A stretch of DNA of 63,255 nt, the filler included, from Octopus bimaculoides (lineage: Eukaryota), in assembly GCF_001194135.2 (NCBI RefSeq). It is 4 parts of 4 records of this genome, joined end to end, with 100 filler letters (N's around TTAATTAATTAA, not from the genome) between each part and the next. Parts side by side here need not be neighbours in the genome. Positions count along the whole stretch, not along the records: positions 44,107 to 63,255 come from NC_069001.1; 3 more parts are not named here. One strand, written 5' to 3'. Each line of letters opens with the position of its first letter. The first letter of the stretch is position 1. Shown here in pieces: positions 51,256-63,255 of the stretch. Made by a program: the position numbers and the translations under genes. Below the pieces are notes generated by a model. That model made no database searches and was not told the origin of the DNA. It saw only the letters and a program-made list of their open reading frames with translations.

Positions 51256-51295
51256 CTCTATTTCTGAAGAAGAGCCAAGCTCGAAACGTTAAATC
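51256..51295 (+). ncRNA. Minimal type I hammerhead-like motif
   Basis: attt-CTGAAGA-a-gagc-caa-gctc-GAAACGTT-aaat: intact CUGANGA core with a one-nt insertion, 4-bp stems I and II, and an ACGT palindromic stem III. Confidence 0.45.
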
Positions 51296-51671
51296 CTCTT
51301 TCCTTCCTTTCCTGAGCGTCTGATCATACAGTACTTGTACCACGTCCTCGCCTTATTCCGTTTTCTTGTTTGGATTCACTATATACATACATACATACAT
51401 ACATACATACATACATACATACACACGCACACACATATATATATCTTTACACACACACACACAACTGGTATATATATNNNNNNNNNNNNNNNNNNNNNNN
51501 NNNNNNNNNNNNNNNNNNNNNNNNNNNNNNNNNNNNNNNNNNNNNNNNNNNNNNNNNNNNNNNNNNNNNNNNNNNNNNNNNNNNNNNNNNNNNNNNNNNN
51601 NNNNNNNNNNNNNNNNNNNNNNNNNNNNNNNNNNNNNNNNNNNNNNNNNNNNNNNNNNNNNNNNNNNNNNN

Positions 51672-51764
51672 CTTACAAGTCTTTGGTCGGCCCGAAGCTA
51701 TAATAGAAAACACCAGTCGAAGGTAGGTTCCAAATTGGTAGACGGAAACTGAAAGAAGCCCATC

Positions 51765-51768
<4 letters not shown>
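51672..51768. mobile_element. SINE family A fragment with internal inversion
   Basis: 51672-51722 is the reverse complement of the head-proximal segment; 51735-51766 is the forward downstream segment. Confidence 0.7.
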
Positions 51769-51802
<34 letters not shown>

Positions 51803-52488
51803 GGTCTTTCTTTCTCACTCTTTTCTCGCCTCCTCCTCCTCTCTCTGCGCGTATATCATACGTGTGTATCTCTATGTACCTATGTATGTATGTATATATT
51901 GGTGTGGATGTGTGAGTATGTGTGTCAGTAAATTTATAACTATACATACATGCATAGGAAAAGCTTTTTTCTGTCGAGGGCTTATATGCATACACATACA
52001 CACACATTTTTGTGTGTGTGTCTGTGTGGTATATATATATATATATATAAAGATATATATGTATATTAAGATATATACATATACACACACACACACACAA
52101 ACACATACATACCTACACGCGCGCGCGTATAGTGCCTTCTGCGTGTACGCCCATTCTTTTACACCTCTCCCTACACACGTGTCATATACACTCGTCCAAC
52201 CCCACTCCCAATCACCCGAGAGGCCATAAATTTGACCGCGTGAGCAACAACCCCCATCCTCCACCCACATCACCCCATCACCATAAACCTGCCCTTATAT
52301 GTTTCACTTCCTCTATACACCTACCCCAAGCACACACACACACACACGCGACGCACGCACACACGTATACATATATATTCATGTATTTATACCCGTATTA
52401 TACCCGCCCTAACTCGGGCACATCCGCCTCATAAAATTATGTCTACCTTTGTCACTGCACGTGATGTATGTGCTTTGCTGGGTTCTGT

Positions 52489-52520
<32 letters not shown>

Positions 52521-53649
52521 GCGTATCGGATTATTTATTTTGGACGAGATAGACATACACACGTGCGAACGCAGACAATCGCCCGTACACACACACACAC
52601 GCACACAGAGACAGACAGACAAACACACATACACACACCCATACTAAAATGCAGATATATGCATTCAAATAGTTATATACATAAAGACATACATACATAC
52701 ATACATACATACATACATACATACATNNNNNNNNNNNNNNNNNNNNNNNNNNNNNNNNNNNNNNNNNNNNNNNNNNNNNNNNNNNNNNNNNNNNNNNNNN
52801 NNNNNNNNNNNNNNNNNNNNNNNNNNNNNNNNNNNNNNNNNNNNNNNNNNNNNNNNNNNNNNNNNNNNNNNNNNNNNNNNNNNNNNNNNNNNNNNNNNNN
52901 NNNNNNNNNNNNNNNNNNNNNATATACATATATATATATCCACACACACACATACGTATATATGTGTTTGTATATGTGTATGTGTACGTGTGTATACATA
53001 AAATACACACACGTACACATACATATGAATATGTCTATATGTGATTATATGCATGTATGCGCTGTTGTTGTGTGTATGCGTGCGAACGTGTGAGTCCGAT
53101 TGTGTCTCCACAGGGTTTGTTTGATAAACACCCAGAAACTGCTCAGACTACATTTAATACCAATAAACTGCGGAGTCAAAATTTGACAAGCTTTACGTAG
53201 CTACTGTTGTTGCCGGATGGAAATGTGTAGAGCTGCGTATATACATATTATAAGCACGTGCGTGTGGATATACATATTATATATATATGTGTGTGTGTAT
53301 GTATGTATGCATAGGCCTTCAAGCTGCTTTGGTATTATTTTTCATCCTTATCTGGTAGGTTGCGCTTTTTGCTGTCGAAGTAGAATGCTCTCCAGCTTAT
53401 TCTGATAATAACGGCGTATACATGTATATATATGTGTGTGTATACATATACATATACATATAATTATCTATATATGTATGTATGTATGTATGTTTGTATA
53501 ACAGACAAATAATGGGCTTTATACATTTACCTGTGCATTATAGACTTACACTTGTTTCAGGCATCCGCTTTTGGTGCGTTCACGGTTCAGTTTTGGCAAT
53601 CGACCGATTGAAAATATATTGAACAACCGTTGCAATACTATCTTCGTTA

Positions 53650-53740
53650 GAGTCTACCAAATCAACTACCATCACTTGACAACCGGTGTTGGTGTGTTTA
53701 CGTGTCGTTATATAGCGGTTCGGCAAAAAATACCGCAGGT
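53650..53740 (+). mobile_element. SINE family A internal fragment
   Basis: catcacttgacaaccggtgttggtgtgtttacgtgtcgttatatagcggttcggcaaaa. Confidence 0.75.
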
Positions 53741-54229
53741 GAAATGGAAAATACACACATACACACACATACGCATACATATTTACATACATATATACAT
53801 ACATATGCACACATGTGCGCACATAGACACGCATATACATATATACATACACACACACACACACATGTGCTTGCACTCATGCATACGTATATAAACTCAT
53901 AGGTATGCATTCACCGAGTGAGCATTGACGAATCTTAAGACGTGCGTTTGTATCTGCACGTATGCATTCGTAGTAATAGGACAGCGGTTAGAGGAAACTA
54001 CGTGACAATTATATACAATAGCAGGGTAGATTATCTATAGATAAGTGGGTGTATATGCTTCGTTTATTGTTCCATTTTCCCCCTAGCCTTTTATCCATTC
54101 ATGTATATTTATAGATTTAACGATATCTCTTTGTCTATGCCACATCACTCGTGAACGTCGACTGGAGCCCGACAGCGTTAAGCTGTGTGCATAATGAGAA
54201 ACTCGACGACAGTGCACAGTCTTGTGTCC

Positions 54230-55047
54230 TGCATTAGTTCATGGCCATACGTTACACGATCCTGACCGGGATGCTTGAACGTTCACACGGGGATATAAGA
54301 AAATAGAAAGCACCGTAACAGGTTGACCTGTTCGACGGAGACCGTCGCATGCGAATTTTAGCCGTCTTTCTCTGTCTGGCTGACGAACGGCAAAGATGCA
54401 TACAAAGACTTGTTTGATATATGTTCGGCACGAAGGCCTTTCGCAGAAGCCGAGTGTACGTACAGTCTAGTGGCCACCGCAAGAGACTAGCAATCAGAAC
54501 CGAGCCGTAGAGCAGAACCGATTCTACCGTTGCACGAAACAGGTGTAGTTTTACGTCATGCGACAGTTATGGTTCCTTCCAAGTTGTCCATAGCTTTACG
54601 AATGTTGCCATCTGTGCTGGTGGAGCGAATACGAGAGTACAGGTATCAGAAATGGCAAGAGATGAAGGTCTTTGTATTCGGCCGGTTTATTGAAAGACCA
54701 GCGTTAATGGCATCCGACTGCAAGTTTGTGAGGATTGATCGAGCATCTGTCATTATAATATGTGAGACGAGAGCGATGTCGAGGTCAGTGAAGTAGGATG
54801 CTGGACGATGTGAAACTTGGCTGGGATGCAGAGTTATACCATGGTGTGTCGTAGTACATAGTCAAGGACTATAATGGAAAGGAAAGGAGCTAAAATGTCC
54901 CCTTAGAGAACTCCCGTGTTGACTGCGGATGTGCCGGTGCCTCTGTGTCAGGGGTGCATACTAAACTTCTGCAGTCTGCAGAGATAGAGTGAATAACATT
55001 TTCAACTTCATTTGGTATTCCATAGGCGGAGAGAATCTGAAACGTCC
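54230..55047 (-). mobile_element. Decayed RTE-like LINE reverse transcriptase
   Basis: FQILSAYGIPNEVENVI...; GVL*GDILAPFLSIIVLDYVLR; FTDLDIALVS (FADD missing); LDCTYTRLLRKA. Confidence 0.88.
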
Positions 55048-55061
55048 GCTCACGATGTATG

Positions 55062-55139
<78 letters not shown>

Positions 55140-56092
55140 NNNNNNNNNNNNNNNNNNNNNNNNNNNNNNNNNNNNNNNNNNNNNNNNNNNNNNNNNNNNN
55201 NNNNNNNNNNNNNNNNNNNNNNNNNNNNNNNNNNNNNNNNNNNNNNNNNNNNNNNNNNNNNNNNNNNNNNNNNNNNNNNNNNNNNNNNNNNNNNNNNNNN
55301 NNNNNNNNNNNNNNNNNNNNNNNNNNNNNNNNNNNNNNNNNNNNNNNNNNNNNNNNNNNNNNNNNNNNNNNNNNNNNNNNNNNNNNNNNNNNNNNNNNNN
55401 NNNNNNNNNNNNNNNNNNNNNNNNNNNNNNNNNNNNNNNNNNNNNNNNNNNNNNNNNNNNNNNNNNNNNNNNNNNNNNNNNNNNNNNNNNNNNNNNNNNN
55501 NNNNNNNNNNNNNNNNNNNNNNNNNNNNNNNNNNNNNNNNNNNNNNNNNNNNNNNNNNNNNNNNNNNNNNNNNNNNNNNNNNNNNNNNNNNNNNNNNNNN
55601 NNNNNNNNNNNNNNNNNNNNNNNNNNNNNNNNNNNNNNNNNNNNNNNNNNNNNNNNNNNNNNNNNNNNNNNNNNNNNNNNNNNNNNNNNNNNNNNNNNNN
55701 NNNNNNNNNNNNNNNNNNNNNNNNNNNNNNNNNNNNNNNNNNNNNNNNNNNNNNNNNNNNNNNNNNNNNNNNNNNNNNNNNNNNNNNNNNNNNNNNNNNN
55801 NNNNNNNNNNNNNNNNNNNNNNNNNNNNNNNNNNNNNNNNNNNNNNNNNNNNNNNNNNNNNNNNNNNNNNNNNNNNNNNNNNNNNNNNNNNNNNNNNNNN
55901 NNNNNNNNNNNNNNNNNNNNNNNNNNNNNNNNNNNNNNNNNNNNNNNNNNNNNNNNNNNNNNNNNNNNNNNNNCCGTGGGAAATAAAAGTGGAAAACAAA
56001 ATACACAATAAATAAATAAATAAATAAAGTGCCATATTATATTTGCATATTTTTTCTCTCACACACTGTTGCTACACACACAACTTCATATA

Positions 56093-56129
<37 letters not shown>

Positions 56130-57254
56130 GCGCACACATACGCGCACACATATATATATATATATATGTGTGTAGATACGCACACTCCTGTTTGCCTACA
56201 TGCGTCACACATACACAACCTGTATAATTTACACACACACACACACATATATGTATATGCATATATGTGTGTGTGTGTGTATTTGTATGTATATGTATAT
56301 ATGTCTGCATGTATAATATAACTCACACACACACACACCTATGTATATATATATACATATGTATATATATATTTCTATGTATGTAGATATGGATCTATTA
56401 CATCCGTGTGTGTGTGTGTGTGTATGTATTCATATATAACACACACACACACGCACGCACGCACGCACGCACAGGAATAAACTACAGAGTAGACTATTGT
56501 TATAAACGACCGGTAATCTTATGGCCGCTTACGTCACGACATCTTTAAGTCTCTTTCTTTTCCCAACTTGTTTATAATTGTTGTTGTTGTTGTTATTCTT
56601 GTTTTGATGACATTTCTTGTACAACAACATGTTCTACATTCTGGACAACATGTTTTCTTTCTTTCCCTTCTCTCTCTCTCTCTCTTCCCCCTCTTTTTCT
56701 CTCTTGAAATCGTTTCTGTCTTTCTCTATTTTTCTGTCTCACATATTTTCTCTTTCTCTTTCTGTTTACCTCTTTTCTTTCTCTTTGCTTCTCTCTCTCT
56801 CTCTCTCTCTCTCTGTTTAACTCTTTTCTCTCTCTCTGTCTCTCTCTCTGTCTGTTTTTCTCTCTCTTTCTCTCACTTTCTCTCTCTCTCTCTCTCTCTG
56901 CCTCCCTCTTTCTCTACATTTTTACTTTTCCTTCTTTTCTCTCTCTCTTTCTCACTCATTTTAATCTTTCTTTTTAATTTTTCTATCACTCTCGAATCAC
57001 TCTTTCGTTCTTTCTCTCTTTTGTGTCCCTTTCTCAATTCATTTTTCTCTCCCCTTCTTCTCTATCTCACACACACACACACATACACACGCTCACACAT
57101 ACACAGACCCCCCCCGTACCCCCCGCACTCACACACATCATGTGAGAGGAAAGCTGTTGACGGGTGTCTTGATTTTCATCCCGCAGGGTGTCCAAAATCC
57201 ACCCGACTCGCCAACCAACTCCAGTCATATTTCGCTGCTATTACATATCACAAA

Positions 57255-57500
57255 AGGGGTGACGAACCCAGGAGAAAATGCCGGAGAAAATGCCGGAGAA
57301 AATGCCGGAGAAAATGCTTTCTGTCATTTCTTCCGGCTCTTTAAAGTTTGAGTTTCAAATGCCGTCGAGGTTTGACTTTATCCTTCGGCATTTCCGATAA
57401 AATAAAACCCGTTGAGCACTTGGATCGATGTAATCGATTATCGCCCCCCATCCCACCACACCCTGCCCACATATCAGGCCCTGTGCCTATAGTAGAAAGA
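57255..57500 (+). mobile_element. SINE family B, diverged, containing (GGAGAAAATGCC)x4 at 57271-57317
   Basis: gagtttcaaatgccgtcgaggtttgactttatccttcggcatttccgataaaataaaacccgttgagcacttggatcgatgtaatcgatt...ggccctgtgcctatagtagaaag. Confidence 0.75.
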
Positions 57501-57839
57501 AAATAAAAATTCTGCTCCACCGTACTTGGTGAAATAGTGAAGAGACACTGAATATATTAACATAATGTATACGAGCTGATATAGAAGATTAGCATAATTT
57601 ATGGAATAAATTATACAGATACGAATTCAAAATGTAAGAAAACTAATTAATTAATTAATGAACAAAATAATGTCCTAATTAGATAAATAATGAAAAACAA
57701 TAATAGAAGAGCGGGACGTAAAGTCAGTGTGGTGTGATTCGTTTATGCTGGTAATCTAAGTGTTAATGGTTCGTTCCTTGCTAAAGCATTCGCTAATTTT
57801 TTTTCTTCATCTCAGTGTATTTTTAATGAAAAACAAACA

Positions 57840-58155
57840 GAAAAAAATACAATCCTTTAAAATTTGGAATATGAAAAGTGTAAAGGTTGAACCTATAATA
57901 ATTAGTGCACTGGGAGCTGTAAGCAAAGATATAGAGAAATGGTGGAAGAGAGATTGGAACAGAATGTCTTGTGGAGTTTCTACAGAAAGTTTGCGTCTTA
58001 AAGACTGGAATGATTATCAGGAAGGCTTTAAGCACTTGAAAGACTACTGAAAGCTTGTGGATACCTAAGGTTACCTAGGTTGTAACCCTCTACCCATATA
58101 AATTCTATCAGGAATAAGAATGAACCTGAGTCTAATCAATAATGATAATAATAGT
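57840..58155 (+). mobile_element. 5'-truncated R4/Dong-type retrotransposon C-terminus
   Basis: KIWNMKSVKVEPIIISALGAVSKDIEKW...VEFLQKVCVLKTGMIIRKALST*; tail aataatgataataata. Confidence 0.75.
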
Positions 58156-59122
58156 TACAATGGTGCCCAATCTAAGCGCAAGGCCAGCAATTTTGAAGGA
58201 AGGGTTTTCTTCTATATCCTACCCAGTTGGAGTAAAATATAATTTTCCCGTGCAATAATAGACTAATCACTTAAAATATTACTTCATGAATCAGTGTAGA
58301 TAATACTAGAGGAAAATGTTCTCATTTTCCGAGTCCGTTTCTCTGTTCTCTCTTAAGTTCAACTAATGTAAACAGAGCGAGAAGGAAAGTATGTACGTTC
58401 AAAGGAGAGAAAGTGTCTGCGCAACGTCGTTTAGGGGTGGATTACAGTGTGGTAAATGGAATCGATGATGGAGTGAGAGGAAAAGACAGTTCGGGAGAAT
58501 AAAGAAAAGGACCAAGGAATGTGTGGGATGATGCAAAACATGATGGGTATAGCAGACATAAAGAATGACATACGCTATAAGTTTATTCTACATTTCTAAA
58601 AATTACACACACACACACACACACGCACAAATACACTCACATACACACGTATATATGTATAGATTAGAAATAGTTAACTAAATCGATAGATAGACAGAGA
58701 CAGATAGATATAGGTAAATCTACATGCCTCTATAGTCGTAATAAAAATGTATTCCGTCCATTTCACTTCAATTTCAGATTTCCTGATTCAATTTTCTAAA
58801 GAAATATAAACAAGTGAAATAAAAATTCAAATAAGACTGAAATATTAAAAAAGATTCTCTCTTTCTTTCCCAACCTCCCACCGCCAATGTTTGAATTTGA
58901 TTTTTCGTGAGAATTCAATTTTCATTCTTTGCTACTGTTTCAAGAATTTTTATTAAAAAAAAAAACTGTTTCATTGTTCTATTCTCTGTCAGTCAGTCTC
59001 TCCCCACTCTCTCCCTACCTACCTACCTAACTACTTACTACTCTATCTGTAAGTCTCTCACTGCCCCTCCCTCTCTCTCTCTGTCTCTAATTTTTTTGTC
59101 CGTCTGTCTGTCTGTCTGTCTG

Positions 59123-59157
<35 letters not shown>

Positions 59158-59202
59158 CCTATTTTCTGGCTTTCTGTCTCTCTACTTATTTGTCTGTCTC
59201 TG

Positions 59203-59263
<61 letters not shown>

Positions 59264-59571
59264 CTCTTTCGCTGAGTCCGTCTCTCTCTCTCTCTCTCTC
59301 TCTTTACCTACTTCACTCTCACTCTTACTCTACACGCTTCTCTGTCTCTCTAACTCCCACTCTCTTTCCACCTACTTCTCTCTCCGTCTCTCCTTCTCTC
59401 TCTGTTTATCCTTCTCTCTCTCTAACCTACTTCTCAGTCTCTCTCTCATACCTCCTTCTCTCTCTCTACTTACCTCTCTGTTTCTCCCATTCTCTCTCTC
59501 TCTCTATATATATACTCTTTCTTTCATTCTTTCGTTCTTCCTTTCTTTCTTCTTTCTTTCTTGCCTCCTCT

Positions 59572-59603
<32 letters not shown>

Positions 59604-59829
59604 CACCTCTTACTCTCACAGCTTCTTCCCCTTTCTCTTACTCTATTTCTTTCTCTTCTGTTTCTCTCACTGATTTTCTTTCTCTTTCTACAATACGCCA
59701 TTCTCAGACCATTGCACCATTTTGTCTTTTCTTTACTCACGAAATCCTCACGTGCACAAATATTTCTTGGGTACTTTTATTTTTGTTTTTACCCACCACC
59801 CGACCGTCCTTCTGTCTGCCTGCCTGTCT

Positions 59830-60218
59830 ATCTGGATAATTCCACAAGACGCAGAGCATCACCTTGCGTCCGCAACGCCCGTGCTTGGCGACAGGTTCCG
59901 GAAGCCGGCTCTTGTTTAACCACTGCTTATGCACGTTCGGACTGCGGAGGAACATCTCCCTCGGATTATTACTTCTTCTGATCCATGGTTCACTTCCTGC
60001 GCTCACGATGTTTCCTCAACCGAGAGGAGGTGGAAGCTTCATTAAAGGAATTCTTTGCCGCGAAAGACGAGGACTGGAATCGGCAAAGTAGAAAAATGGC
60101 TTCAGACGGTGCCACACGATGGCCTCTACCTTAGAATGCTTGGCTGCTTTCGTTGTAACTTGATGAGTAAAACAAATAAATTACCAAAATATTACAAGAC
60201 TTTTGACTCAACACGATA
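59830..60218 (+). mobile_element. Decayed mariner transposase 3' part and right end
   Basis: LDNSTR...SPSDYYFF*SMVHFLRSRCFLNREEVEASLKEFFAAKDEDW and KWLQTVPHDGLYL resemble HDNARPH...APSDYHLFRSM...RWxxxVxxDGxY. It ends caagacttttgactcaacacgata. Confidence 0.82.
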
Positions 60219-60279
60219 CCTGCATGTCTGTCTATCTGTCAGGCTCTCTGTCTGTCTGCCTGCTTGTTTGTCTGTCGAC

Positions 60280-60376
<97 letters not shown>

Positions 60377-60429
60377 AGAATTTCCATCTGTTTCACCCTT
60401 TCACCTCTCCGTATTTCTCACCCAACACT

Positions 60430-60460
<31 letters not shown>

Positions 60461-60557
60461 GCGCACGCACACACATATGCATTGACTAGTATATTTAACA
60501 GTACATAATCATACAAATCCTGATAAATATACATATACACATATATGTGTATGTATG

Positions 60558-60599
<42 letters not shown>

Positions 60600-60779
60600 C
60601 ACACATATGTATGTATATACGCACACTCACACACATATATACTTCACACACATGTACATATAAACATGCATACACATATACATATATATACATATATATA
60701 TGCAGAGAAAAGGAGAGAAAGAAAGAGAGAGAGAGAGCGCTATTCCATTCAAAAGTCTATTCATATTTTCCCCTATTCC

Positions 60780-61149
60780 ACCACCACCACCACCACCACA
60801 ACCACCACCACCACCACCACCACCACCACNNNNNNNNNNNNNNNNNNNNNNNNNNNNNNNNNNNNNNNNNNNNNNNNNNNNNNNNNNNNNNNNNNNNNNN
60901 NNNNNNNNNNNNNNNNNNNNNNNNNNNNNNNNNNNNNNNNNNNNNNNNNNNNNNNNNNNNNNNNNNNNNNNNNNNNNNNNNNNNNNNNNNNNNNNNNNNN
61001 NNNNNNNNNNNNNNNNNNNNNNNNNNNNNNNNNNNNNNNNNNNNNNNNNNNNNNNNNNNNNNNNNNNNNNNNNNNNNNNNNNNCCATCACGACCGCCACC
61101 ACCGTCATCACCGTCACCACCACCACCAACACCACCACCACCACCACTT

Positions 61150-61194
<45 letters not shown>

Positions 61195-61400
61195 TCACCA
61201 CCACCACCACCACCACCAGTGCTACTACCGCCAACACCAACAACACCATTACGACTACCGCCAATGCTGCTGCTGCTGCTACTACTACTACTACTACTAC
61301 TACTAGTAGTAGTAGTAGTAGTAGTAGTAGCAGCACCAACACCAACACCAACACCGACACTATGATTACGACTACTGCTGCTGCTGCTGCTGCTGTCATG
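60780..61400. repeat. Large compound trinucleotide array (CAC/TAC/TGC/TAG/AAC), spanning a gap
   Basis: Direct reading. Confidence 0.95.
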
Positions 61401-61746
61401 GCAACAATAATTACAATTACGGCAACTATATCTACAAAGCGAAACAAGAAAGTGGAACAACAACAACAACAACAAAGGACAAAGAACGGCAACGAACAGC
61501 AACAACAACGAACAGCAACAACAACAATGGGCCAATAACCACCGCCACCGATTCTACTGCCGACATCATGAAGACCACCACAGCAACAGCAAAGGGAAGA
61601 GCAGCCACCGGTAATAATAACCAGAAGAACAGCGACAATGAAACACTTGTCGGATTCGGTGTTAACAAGAACAGCCTGGAGTTAATGGAGTTTAATAAAA
61701 GGTTACGCTGACAAATGCTAAAGATAGATAGATGGATAGATAGAGC

Positions 61747-61812
<66 letters not shown>

Positions 61813-62244
61813 NNNNNNNNNNNNNNNNNNNNNNNNNNNNNNNNNNNNNNNNNNNNNNNNNNNNNNNNNNNNNNNNNNNNNNNNNNNNNNNNNNNNNNNN
61901 NNNNNNNNNNNNNNNNNNNNNNNNNNNNNNNNNNNNNNNNNNNNNNNNNNNNNNNNNNNNNNNNNNNNNNNNNNNNNNNNNNNNNNNNNNNNNNNNNNNN
62001 NNNNNNNNNNNNNNNNNNNNNNNNNNNNNGGACCGACAATTTGACTACTGCAATGGGTCGGCCAAAAGGCACGAAACGGCATTTTGTTTTATTGGGTGGT
62101 AGTTTCAACATGTCGCCTGTTTTAACGTCACACCTAGTTCTCTTGGATAGCTTCAGTGGACACTCAGCGTCGGCTCTTTGAATTACAAGTACAATACATT
62201 CGAAGGAGCCGGATGGGGGCGCTGTTTCTCTCCACTCAATTTCA

Positions 62245-62330
62245 CTCATAAGGTTTAGAGTGTCTCGAGACTGTGGTACAAGACATTTGCGCAAGGTGCC
62301 GCGGAGTGAGATTGAACTTACATACATTTG
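62245..62330 (-). mobile_element. SINE family A head fragment
   Basis: caagacatttgcgcaaggtgccgcggagtgagattgaac matches 7501-7535. Confidence 0.7.
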
Positions 62331-62702
62331 ATGATGGAGTGTATCGACTAGCCACCTCCTTTCAACCTACACGACGACTGGCCTTGTGCTTAAACCAGAA
62401 TCATTATAAAGCGAACATCTTAATCAAATGTTTAAGAGCCTAATATCTCTAAAACCATGGCTTGCATATTCATCCTTAAAACGCTTCGGTAGATACGAAT
62501 GCGAATACAGTAACCACTGTTGTGTTTCGTCGTTAGAGAACAACTTCTCTTTACAGACGAATAATGCGTTCATAACTCACTCGATTCATTAGTCTAAAGA
62601 CACTTTGAGAAACCATGTTGTTTCGACATTGTTGTGTCTCGTCAGGTGAAGTTACTTCGGACAAATAAAGCTATCAAGAAATTGTAGTTCTTTTATCTTT
62701 TA

Positions 62703-62785
62703 AGTCTTACTTGTTTCAGCCATTAGACTGCGGCCATACTGGGGCACAGCCTTGAAGAATTTTCAGTCGAATGAATCGACTCCAG
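62703..62785 (-). mobile_element. SINE/LINE 3' tail fragment
   Basis: cttacttgtttcagccattagactgcggccatactggggcac. Confidence 0.75.
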
Positions 62786-62979
62786 TACACATGCAGATAG
62801 AGGAAGGAATAAAGGGGAATTAGAGAAAGAGAGGGAGAGATGGAGAGAAACATAAAAGCGTCGGATGTCAATTAAGTCAGAGTAAGAACTACATCAGAAA
62901 AGGCATCGACGATGACAGTCGTGACGACGACGATGGCACCAGACTAGGAAGACCTCAGAACAATTCAGTTCGCATTATC

Positions 62980-63100
62980 CCAGAATGCAACGCTGCATCC
63001 GAAAGGATCCGTAAGGCCATCGACATGAAGGAAACCAAATAAGACACAACAGGAGAAACAACTTGAACGTAAGAGGGAGCACGATCATTGCGCTTCCCTG
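62980..63100 (+). mobile_element. Possible Penelope-like GIY-YIG C-terminal remnant
   Basis: ERIRKAIDMKE...NLN.EGA resembles RKIREAIEIK...NLNRDEG; weak match. Confidence 0.3.
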
Positions 63101-63255
63101 CTACTCAATGCACTACAACATTAACTACAACAACAACAACAACAACTTCTACTACTACTACTACTACTACTATGATCACCACCACTACCACTACTACTTC
63201 TACCACAACCATCGCCATCACCACTATCACATCCACCACCGACACGTCTATTGCA

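Noticed and set aside
61692-62327. Minus-strand ORF with a protein-like stretch (ECIVLVIQRADAECPLKL...)
   Set aside because: It begins in a SINE head and runs into a gap, with no recognisable domain or convincing splice sites.

Overview
Repeat-dense, gappy eukaryotic sequence with no confidently identifiable host gene. The tRNA-derived SINE families and the extreme load of (TA)n, (CA)n, (GA)n, (CATA)n, (GATA)n and trinucleotide microsatellites suggest an octopus (coleoid cephalopod) draft assembly; this is inferred from recognition, not searched. Nearly all ORFs in the supplied track are microsatellite or N-gap translations. Supported content: many SINE copies from at least three families, and decayed RTE, CR1/L2-like and R4/Dong LINEs. 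Also present are Penelope-like (GIY-YIG) relics, mariner/Tc1 and hAT-Charlie remnants and MITEs, and a probable Ty3/Gypsy RNase H relic. The most interesting signal is at 22029-22374: a ~345-nt foldback element that folds into one long rod capped by a type I minimal hammerhead ribozyme. Its core carries the compensatory U3-A8 pair in place of C3-G8 and a palindromic (dimer-type) stem III. A sibling foldback lacking the ribozyme apex lies at 49297-49543, and further minimal hammerhead-like motifs occur at about 4125, 26321, 26615 and 51264. A sharply CpG-depleted block (39599-42056) looks like methylated gene body and holds three weak, phase-compatible candidate exons. Three TTAATTAATTAA linkers inside N-runs are assembly artefacts.
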